From positions 1-14,244 of the forward strand of contig JBDRUX010000066.1 in NCBI GenBank assembly GCA_039801565.1: 14,244 nucleotides of DNA, in the 5' to 3' direction. Positions 1 to 6,169 of this stretch are shown in pieces; positions within the stretch are counted from its first letter, which is position 1, and each line of letters begins with the position of its first letter. The DNA comes from a candidate division WOR-3 bacterium (lineage in GTDB: Bacteria; Hydrothermota; Tepidihabitantia; Tepidihabitantales; JAOUPE01). A program made the translations under genes and the position numbers. The notes beneath the pieces are model-generated. The model was given only the letters and a program-made list of their open reading frames with translations. It was not told where the DNA came from and did no database searches.

Positions 1-50
1 CCAGGATAAATTTTAGGGATTAGTGAAAATAATGAGGCAGGAGAGGAAGT

Positions 51-242
51 AGCTTACGAGGTGACCTACGGGGCTACCTACCGAGCTACCCCCGAGGTTG
101 CTCCCCAAGTTGCCTACCGAGTCGCTTCCGAGGTCGCCTACGAAGTCGCTCCCCAACCTGCCTACCAACCAACCCCCAAAGCAACTCCCGAGGTAACTCC
201 CCAAGCAACCTACGGGGTAGCTTAGGGGACTGCCTGGGGGGT
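51..242. repeat. Degenerate tandem array of ~16 x 12-bp units (e.g. agcttacgaggt, tgctccccaagt, aactcccgaggt)
   Basis: Units read in exact 12-nt register from 51 to 242 without indels; GC-rich against AT-rich flanks; gives tetrapeptide periodicity on both strands (+: VAYE/ATPE/VAPQ; -: LGSx/VGxL). Confidence 0.85.
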
Positions 243-322
243 CACCCCCTATACGGTACCCCCTCCCAATGCGAAATTAAATATAAAAATTTAAATATCA
301 AAGAGTTAAAAGAAAATACCCC

Positions 323-351
323 TTGATTTTTGGTTAATATTTAACTATAAC
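323..351 (+). promoter_or_regulatory. Putative sigma70 promoter upstream of XRE remnant
   Basis: TTGATT (323-328) - 17 nt - TATAAC (346-351). Confidence 0.4.
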
Positions 352-355
352 ACTT

Positions 356-565
356 TTAGAAAACGGCAAAATAAAAAATCCGTCTTTGGGTTTAATCCTT
401 AATTATTTAAGAGCTTGCGGTGCTTCCTGGGTCGAATTTTTTAAAGAATTAGATGCACTTGATTTTAAACAGCGACACGAAAAGATGATGGCAAAACTGC
501 TAATGGGGAATAAAATAGGAATTCAACCCAGGGCGAAAGCGCAAAAGAAGCCGGATTACAATTAA
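356..565 (+). pseudogene. 5'-truncated XRE-family HTH protein remnant (decayed sequence may continue to ~735)
   Basis: Start-less frame reads LENGKIKNPSLGLILNYLRACGASWVEFFKELDALDFKQRHEKMM..., the C-terminal half of an HTH_XRE domain (xExG...P), closely matching the minus-strand remnant at the right end (LEKGRLKNPALGLILLYLRTC). Confidence 0.7.
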
Positions 566-742
566 AAAGCCAGTGCCTGCTGAAAAATTGGCGAAGGTGA
601 TTGGCTTTATAAGGTACCGAGTTGCCATTAAGAAATTTGGAAGCAAAAGTCATAATCTGCTTTAGCGAGTTTGGGTCTTTCCGATGCAGGAATATCCCTT
701 ATTGCGAATAGGCGCAATTCTATAAATGCTTCCAATAAATTA

Positions 743-773
743 TTGACAACCCGGCATAGTTTATTATTATAAT
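743..773 (+). promoter_or_regulatory. sigma70 promoter of unit 1
   Basis: Perfect TTGACA (743-748); TATTAT at 765-770 (16-nt spacer) or TATAAT at 768-773 (19-nt spacer). Confidence 0.75.
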
Positions 774-776
774 CAG

Positions 777-854
777 GTGGACAATCTGAGACCGAACTGG
801 ATGGTATTTATTTTCCTGTTTTCCTATCGGACCGATTTTGGGGGAACTAAATGA
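777..854 (+). CDS. Leader peptide uORF1, copy 1 (MDNLRPNWMVFIFLFSYRTDFGGTK-UGA); candidate Sec readthrough to TAA at 924-926
   Basis: GTG 777 (alternatives CTG 786, ATG 801) to TGA 852-854; gap-free peptide-level similarity to copy 2 with synonymous changes (ttc/ttt, cgg/cga, ggg/gga). Confidence 0.65.
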   Translation: MDNLRPNWMVFIFLFSYRTDFGGTK

Positions 855-884
855 CTTATCAAGTCATCGAACTCGGTCGAGTTC
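851..884 (+). promoter_or_regulatory. UGA-sequestering hairpin plus SECIS-like hairpin, copy 1
   Basis: ATGACTT(851-857)-atc-AAGTCAT(861-867); GAACTC(869-874)-GGTC-GAGTTC(879-884), loop starting 20 nt after the UGA. Confidence 0.65.
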
Positions 885-988
885 AAAACGATTATCCAAC
901 CAATCCCCCATCCTCCAATCAATTAAATAACTATAAAAAATTAAAAGAGTTCTTAGGAAAGGAGGTACAATGCCAAAGTCGCTTTTAA
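851..988 (+). CDS. uORF2, copy 1 (45 aa, MTYQVIELGRVQ...), overlaps uORF1 stop (ATGA) and the start of the 970 gene
   Basis: ATG 851 preceded by GGGGGA (840-845); frame open to TAA 986-988; same arrangement in copy 2. Confidence 0.45.
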   Translation: MTYQVIELGRVQNDYPTNPPSSNQLNNYKKLKEFLGKEVQCQSRF

Positions 989-1986
989 TTTTACTAGTCC
1001 TGCTTTTTGTCGGGATAAGTTACTCTGCCCAAAGAATGGTGGTTGGCGAAATGTTTACCAATACGAGTTGCGGACCTTGTTATGCTGCCAATCTTACCTT
1101 AAATCAAATCGCCGTAGATTGCTCGACCTATTTAGCGATAATCCGTTATCACACCTGGTGGCCCAGTCAATACGACCCTTTCTATTATGCGAATATCCCA
1201 GAAAATACTGCCCGTACCCAATTTTATAGCACGAATTATGTTCCAAGGCTAATGATTGACGGTACTATCGATGGCGGGTCTACCCATTCCAATTGGCGTA
1301 ATCTAATTGATAATCGAGCCTCCCTCGTAAGCCCGTTGCGAATTGTTGTTACAGCTCAATATCAAGGAAGTGAAGCAACTAACGCTTGGGCAACCGCTAA
1401 GATTTATAATGAGTCGAATCAAACGATAACAGGCAGACTATACTTTGTACTAACCGAAAATGAAATCGCCTGGTCCGCACCCAATGGTTTAACAATTCAC
1501 CATCAGACAATGCTCGATATGATTCCTAACCAGAGTGGCGAGGTAGTATCAATTCCTGCCTATGACTCGATTATTCGAGAACAAAACTTCATAATTCGCG
1601 ATACCACCTGGCTTGACCCACCTTCTAACACAGTGGCTCATCTAACTGACCACAAGAAATGCCAAATGGTTGTCTTTGTCCAAAATGGGACAACCAAAGA
1701 GATTTATCAAGGTGGCAAAGCCTGGCTTACTCCGGCGACGGAAATTCAAGAAAAATCGCAAAAGCATTTTCTTAATTCGGTATCGCTTAAAGTCTTTCCC
1801 AATCCTTTCTCGACAGTTATAAAAATTAACTCACACAATCCTTGCGTTCGACTCTATAATGCCTGTGGTAACCTAATAAAGACTTTTTATGGCAAAAATA
1901 TTCATTGGGATGCGAGCGCTTTACAACCTGGCGTCTATTTCGTTACGAATGAGGATTCACGAGTTAAAATTCTAAAGGTGCGGTGA
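970..1986 (+). CDS. Secreted Omp28-like thioredoxin-fold (CxxC) protein with C-terminal T9SS-type/Ig-like sorting domain
   Basis: SD AAGGAGGT at 959-966; N-terminal signal peptide; EMFTNTSCGPC, IRYH, YVPRLMIDG motifs typical of Omp28-like proteins; C-terminal VFPNPF...LYN..G..I...WDA..LQPGVYFV. Confidence 0.8.
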   Translation: MPKSLLILLVLLFVGISYSAQRMVVGEMFTNTSCGPCYAANLTLNQIAVDCSTYLAIIRYHTWWPSQYDPFYYANIPENTARTQFYSTNYVPRLMIDGTIDGGSTHSNWRNLIDNRASLVSPLRIVVTAQYQGSEATNAWATAKIYNESNQTITGRLYFVLTENEIAWSAPNGLTIHHQTMLDMIPNQSGEVVSIPAYDSIIREQNFIIRDTTWLDPPSNTVAHLTDHKKCQMVVFVQNGTTKEIYQGGKAWLTPATEIQEKSQKHFLNSVSLKVFPNPFSTVIKINSHNPCVRLYNACGNLIKTFYGKNIHWDASALQPGVYFVTNEDSRVKILKVR

Positions 1987-2096
1987 AACCTTAGGATTTA
2001 CACTCAATCTTGAGTTAAATATTGGATGCAGTAGATGGTGGCTTTGCGAAGAGTTGTCGTTTTACTGGCCACCCAACCAAGACAGCGTTCATAAAC

Positions 2097-2855
2097 TTGG
2101 GCAAGATAAATCTGCTTACCATTCCTTTTCTGATACTGGTTTTTCTTTTCTGCTCGGAGGTACCGGAGGTTAGGCCAATACCAACCGAACGAATCGTTTT
2201 AGCTGAACTTTTCACTTGGGCAAGATGCCCTTATTGTCCTTATGCAGCAAGGACTTTGGATAGTCTGGCTAAGGAATATAACGACAGTGTTGCAATCATT
2301 GCTTATCATCGGCGGATTGGGGGTGATACTTTAAGTCCAGACTTGGTAGAACGGCGTCGATCGTTTTACTATGAAGCAGGTGGTGAGCCGGCGGTTCTTT
2401 TTGATGGCACCGGTCCGGTTTGGACAACTGACCCAAACCAAAACTACCCAACCTATAAAAACTATATCATCGGACGCCGAAACAAAAAATCGCCACTGCG
2501 CCTCCATCTTGAAACTTTGGTTCGAGCCGATACCGGAATAATAAAAACAACGGTGGTGGTAACCGATTCAATTCCGACAGGAGACTTAAGAATTTTAACG
2601 GTGGTTTATGAAGATAGTGTTCGCTTTCGGTTGCCCGGGGCTTCGGATTCGGTCTTCAATCGCGTGATGCGACTGATGATTCCAGATGAAAATGGAATTG
2701 CCTGCACACTCAGTTTTAGGGATTCGATAGCCAAAGAAGTTCGTTTCAGTTTGAACCAGACTTGGCGTCAATCACAACTCGGCGTTGTTGGCTTTGTTCA
2801 GAATTTCGCAACCAAAGAAGTAATACAAGCAATTTTTAAGAAAGGACTGGAATGA
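2097..2855 (+). CDS. Omp28-like thioredoxin-fold (CxxC) putative lipoprotein
   Basis: ELFTWARCPYC, IAYH, GEPAVLFDG, VVGFVQ motifs; hydrophobic stretch ending LVFLF-C suggests a lipoprotein signal, so the start is more likely TTG 2097 than TTG 2022 (start uncertain). Confidence 0.75.
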   Translation: MGKINLLTIPFLILVFLFCSEVPEVRPIPTERIVLAELFTWARCPYCPYAARTLDSLAKEYNDSVAIIAYHRRIGGDTLSPDLVERRRSFYYEAGGEPAVLFDGTGPVWTTDPNQNYPTYKNYIIGRRNKKSPLRLHLETLVRADTGIIKTTVVVTDSIPTGDLRILTVVYEDSVRFRLPGASDSVFNRVMRLMIPDENGIACTLSFRDSIAKEVRFSLNQTWRQSQLGVVGFVQNFATKEVIQAIFKKGLE

Positions 2856-3574
2856 AGGAGAGAATTTTGGTCCTAACCCTTTTGGTTTTAATTTTCTCAT
2901 CTGCCGAATCTCAATATAGTTTTGACCTTTCCTGTCTTTCGGATACGCTTCAAATTGTTGTCCCCAATGGCGTTGCCAATTTTCACTTGCGGTTAACCAA
3001 TACTGGGTCGCTTAACGATATTTATGAACTTAACTGTCGAATTGTTGAGAGTGTGCCGGGTTGGTTTGCCACGGTTTGTTTGCGCGGGGTTTGTGTCCAA
3101 CCGGGGACATTATTATATGATACGCTTCAGGTTGGCCAATCGGATACTACTATCCATATCACAGTCTATACGACCGCAACCAATGGTCGGGAAGTATTAA
3201 GTTTTATTGTCCGTTCCTTAGGTAACCCAACGCTAAGAGATTCAATCCGGGTTTACACTCAAGTTGGGCAAGGAATCGAAGAAGATGCTTCTGCATCTAA
3301 AGTCCTATTTTTTACTCCAATAATCTATCCGAATCCTATTAAAACTCAAACTACCATACGCTTTACCCCTCATGCTACGCCGACGGTTCTAAAAATCTAT
3401 GACATTTCCGGTAAACTTGTTAAATACTTTCTTCTCAATCACCACAAAAGTTACTGTCTTATTTGGGATGGTCGCGACCAAACCGGGCAATTGCTACCTA
3501 CCGGTACCTACATCATAACCTTTATCCATAATAATAAAACCGTCGTATCGAAACCGATAACGATAATAAAATGA
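2852..3574 (+). CDS. Secreted protein with N-terminal Ig-like domain and C-terminal FlgD-Ig/T9SS-type sorting domain
   Basis: ATGA overlap with upstream gene; signal peptide; WFATVCLRGVC; C-terminal IYPNP...LKIYDISGKLV...WDGRDQTGQLLPTGTYI. Confidence 0.75.
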   Translation: MKERILVLTLLVLIFSSAESQYSFDLSCLSDTLQIVVPNGVANFHLRLTNTGSLNDIYELNCRIVESVPGWFATVCLRGVCVQPGTLLYDTLQVGQSDTTIHITVYTTATNGREVLSFIVRSLGNPTLRDSIRVYTQVGQGIEEDASASKVLFFTPIIYPNPIKTQTTIRFTPHATPTVLKIYDISGKLVKYFLLNHHKSYCLIWDGRDQTGQLLPTGTYIITFIHNNKTVVSKPITIIK

Positions 3575-3711
3575 AAAATCGCTGGGTATTAGTAATAATC
3601 GGAATGCTGATTGGACTCGTTCTGTTATCAGTCGGTATTAAATTAGAAAACCCAGCCTTTGTTCATCAGCAAAGTACCACCCTTTGTCTCAGTTGTATGG
3701 GTTTGGTTTAA
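3571..3711 (+). CDS. Small membrane CxxC peptide, CD1871A-like family (46 aa)
   Basis: ATGA overlap with upstream stop; MKNRWVLVIIGMLIGLVLLSVGIKLENPAFVHQQSTTLCLSCMGLV*: one TM helix plus terminal CLSCMG, resembling the CLxCIG end of CD1871A-family peptides. Confidence 0.8.
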   Translation: MKNRWVLVIIGMLIGLVLLSVGIKLENPAFVHQQSTTLCLSCMGLV

Positions 3712-3748
3712 ACCGATAATTGACTTAATTTATTTTATAAATTAAATA

Positions 3749-3776
3749 TTGACAATGCGGGAATAATCATTATCTT
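3749..3776 (+). promoter_or_regulatory. sigma70 promoter of unit 2
   Basis: TTGACA (3749-3754) - 16 nt - TATCTT (3771-3776); AT-rich UP-like region upstream; same geometry as the unit 1 promoter. Confidence 0.65.
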
Positions 3777-3791
3777 AAATTAGTTCGTAAT

Positions 3792-3860
3792 ATGAGACAT
3801 GCTTTGGGTCTGCTAACTTTTCTGTTTTTATTTCGACCTGATTGGGGAAGTAACAAATGA
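3792..3860 (+). CDS. Leader peptide uORF1, copy 2 (MRHALGLLTFLFLFRPDWGSNK-UGA); candidate Sec readthrough to TAA at 3951-3953
   Basis: ATG 3792 to TGA 3858-3860; aligned without gaps to copy 1 (ATG AGA at 3792 corresponds to CTG AGA at 786, each 66 nt before the TGA). Confidence 0.7.
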   Translation: MRHALGLLTFLFLFRPDWGSNK

Positions 3861-3890
3861 CTTGTTTGGTCATCGGACTCGGTCGAGCCC
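3857..3890 (+). promoter_or_regulatory. UGA-sequestering hairpin plus SECIS-like hairpin, copy 2
   Basis: ATGACT(3857-3862)-tgttt-GGTCAT(3868-3873, one G.U); GGACTC(3875-3880)-GGTC-GAGCCC(3885-3890, one mismatch); loop again 20 nt after the UGA. Confidence 0.65.
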
Positions 3891-4030
3891 AACCAACCCT
3901 CCACAATCCATATCAACCAGCACGTCATTTCTATTTTACCCACCTTAAACTAAAAGAAGCTAACCTAAAAATCTTTGGGTCGTTATTGGGTAATTTTTAT
4001 CAAATAGGAGGTAAGAATGGCAAATTATGA
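3857..4030 (+). CDS. uORF2, copy 2 (57 aa, MTCLVIGLGRAQ...), overlaps uORF1 stop and the start of the 4017 gene
   Basis: ATG 3857 preceded by GGGGAAG (3844-3850); open to TGA 4028-4030. Confidence 0.45.
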   Translation: MTCLVIGLGRAQPTLHNPYQPARHFYFTHLKLKEANLKIFGSLLGNFYQIGGKNGKL

Positions 4031-5288
4031 GAAGATGTGGCAAGAACTTGGTCTGGATGTTGAATTGCACAATGAACTTTTGAAGTCAATTGACCGGACC
4101 TTTCAAAATACGGTCGGTAGTCAAAAAAACCGCCCGGAAGGGATGAAATATTTTGATAATGTCCTGCACGAATCCCACGGGGCAAGGGTTGCTGAACTAC
4201 TGGAAACTAAATCAAAAGGTAATAAAGTGATTGGGACATTTTGTATCTATGTACCAGATGAAATCGCCTTAGCAGCTGACATCACACCAATTGCCTTGTG
4301 TGGTGGGACGAATTTTTCGATACCCTATGCCGAAAAAATGTTTCCCCGGGATATCTGTCCTTTAGTCAAGTCAACCCTTGGCCTGGCTTTTTCCAAGACC
4401 TGCCCCTATGCCCCAGTTAAAAATATGGCGGTCGGTGAGACGACCTGTGATGCTAAAAAGAAAACTTGGGAAATCTTAGCGGGCAAAGTTAATTTTCATG
4501 TGATGGAAGTTCCGCAGAAAAAAGAAGAACCAGACCAAAAACTCTGGCAAAAAGAAGTCAAAGAGTTTAAGGATAAGGTTGAGGCATTAGCTGGCAAAAA
4601 AGTCGAAAGCCAGCGATTAAGCGAGACCATCAAGATTATGAACGATAAACGGCGCGCCTTACAAAAATTGAACGAGTTTCGAAAATATGACCCACCACCA
4701 ATCAGTGGCCTCGACGCCTTAGTTGTGATGCAGGCAGCACTGATTGATGAGCCAATCCGCTTCACCGAAAAACTTAATCAATTGAATACCGAACTGGAAG
4801 AACGCAGCAGAAAAGGAATTTCGCCTTTTGCCAAAGGGACAAAACGGCTAATGGTTGCCGGCTGTCCAGCGGTAATCGGTAATTGGAAGGTCCATTCATT
4901 GATTGAAAAGAGCGGTGCGGCAATTGTGATTGATGAGTCCTGCACCGGAACCCGCTACTTTGAAAATTTGGTAGATGAAAAATCAATCGACTTAGAAGGA
5001 CAACTTTCCGCTATTGCTGACCGTTATATGAAAATCAATTGTGCCTGTTTCACACCTAATCAAGAACGAATTGACGGCGTAGTTAAAAAGGTTAAAGAGT
5101 ATAATGTCTCAGGCGTTGTGCAATATATCCTGCAATATTGTCACGGTTATAATGTTGAAGCGATAAGGGTTGACGGTGCGCTAAAACAGGCAAATATCCC
5201 AAGTCTGAAAATCGAAACCGATTATTCGGAAGAAGATGTTGGACCACTAAGGACTCGGATTGAAGCATTTATTGAGAAGTTGGGCTAA
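4017..5288 (+). CDS. Double-cubane-cluster protein (DCCP-like anaerobic reductase, 2-hydroxyacyl-CoA dehydratase HgdB/FldC superfamily)
   Basis: SD AGGAGGT at 4006-4012; DCCP-type N-terminus (YEKMWQELGLD...NRPEGMKYFD...HG) and Cys set GTFC, ALCG, DICP, TCPY, ETTCD, ESC, CAC, YCH; C-terminal ETDYS...TRIEAFIE. Confidence 0.9.
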   Translation: MANYEKMWQELGLDVELHNELLKSIDRTFQNTVGSQKNRPEGMKYFDNVLHESHGARVAELLETKSKGNKVIGTFCIYVPDEIALAADITPIALCGGTNFSIPYAEKMFPRDICPLVKSTLGLAFSKTCPYAPVKNMAVGETTCDAKKKTWEILAGKVNFHVMEVPQKKEEPDQKLWQKEVKEFKDKVEALAGKKVESQRLSETIKIMNDKRRALQKLNEFRKYDPPPISGLDALVVMQAALIDEPIRFTEKLNQLNTELEERSRKGISPFAKGTKRLMVAGCPAVIGNWKVHSLIEKSGAAIVIDESCTGTRYFENLVDEKSIDLEGQLSAIADRYMKINCACFTPNQERIDGVVKKVKEYNVSGVVQYILQYCHGYNVEAIRVDGALKQANIPSLKIETDYSEEDVGPLRTRIEAFIEKLG

Positions 5289-5291
5289 GCA

Positions 5292-6056
5292 ATGACCAAA
5301 GCGGCAGGGATTGATATTGGTTCTCGGACCATCAAGTTTGTGCTTCTGACCGATTCTCGAGTCGTTGATTATCGCATCGTTGATACTGGCACCGACCCCT
5401 TGGCTAATTCCAAGAGTATCCTTGCCGATTATAAATTTGATACCATCGTTGCCACTGGTTATGGTCGTCATCTTATCCAAAACCATTTTGGTTTTCCGGT
5501 TATTACTGAGATTAAAGCTTATGCGATTGGTGCCCATTTTCTATTTCCGCATTGCCGAACCGTAATTGATATCGGCGGTCAAGATAGTAAAATAATCAAA
5601 ATCAGAGACGGTCAGGTCGTAGATTTTGAGATGAATGACCGATGTGCGGCTGGCACTGGCAAGTTTCTTGAGGTTATGGCACATACCCTTGGGTTTCCCT
5701 TAGAAGAACTTGGCGAAGAGGCATTAAAAGCGGAAAGTTCGGTGCCAATCAGTTCAATGTGCACGGTCTTTGCTGAATCCGAGGTAATTTCGCTCATTGC
5801 TCGTGGCGAAAATCCCAAAAACATTGCCTTGGGATTACACGAATCAATCCTTGCCCGGCTTTTATCAATGTTAGGTAGGATTGGTTTTGAGGACGAAATC
5901 GTTTTTGCCGGTGGTGTGGCAAAGAACCGTTGCCTTGCCGCTTTACTGGAAAAAAGGCTAAAAAAGAAAATCCTAATACCCCCAGAACCGCAGATTGTTG
6001 GGGCATTAGGTGCAGCCTTGAAGGCAGGCGACAATGATACAAGCAGTCGTCGGTAA
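5292..6056 (+). CDS. ATP-dependent [4Fe-4S] activator/reductase (HgdC/DCCP-R, BadF/BcrAD ASKHA ATPase)
   Basis: GIDIGSRTIK, ATGYGR, IDIGGQDSK, MNDRCAAGTGKF, SSMCTVFAESE, GGVA, GALGAA motifs. Confidence 0.93.
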   Translation: MTKAAGIDIGSRTIKFVLLTDSRVVDYRIVDTGTDPLANSKSILADYKFDTIVATGYGRHLIQNHFGFPVITEIKAYAIGAHFLFPHCRTVIDIGGQDSKIIKIRDGQVVDFEMNDRCAAGTGKFLEVMAHTLGFPLEELGEEALKAESSVPISSMCTVFAESEVISLIARGENPKNIALGLHESILARLLSMLGRIGFEDEIVFAGGVAKNRCLAALLEKRLKKKILIPPEPQIVGALGAALKAGDNDTSSRR

Positions 6057-6078
6057 TTGGTTGTTAGTTGTTAGTTTA

Positions 6079-6145
6079 AAAACCATAGAGACTGCAGAAA
6101 GCGCTGAGAAAATAAATTTCTTATCTCAGATAGCTCTGCGGTTTT
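6079..6145. repeat. Intergenic imperfect palindrome (REP-like stem-loop)
   Basis: aaaaccatagag (6079-6090) or actgcaga (6091-6098) pairs with ctctgcggtttt (6134-6145); inner ctgaga/tctcag; preceded by gttgtta heptamer repeats. Confidence 0.55.
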
Positions 6146-6169
6146 AAAAAACCATTACAAGGAGGCAAA

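Noticed and set aside
13..204. 63-aa Gly/Ser-rich minus-strand ORF
   Set aside because: Openness is a by-product of the 12-bp GC-rich repeat; TTG start, no recognisable domain.
51..242. CRISPR array
   Set aside because: Contiguous 12-bp degenerate units with no unique spacers and no cas genes.
488..577. Possible cyclic di-GMP-I (GEMM) riboswitch (GGCAAA...GCGCAAA...AGCCAGTGCC)
   Set aside because: Required P2 and P3 stems cannot be formed, and the region is explained as the coding remnant of the XRE-family gene.
465..653. 62-aa minus-strand ORF
   Set aside because: Antisense to the XRE remnant; no SD or recognisable motif.
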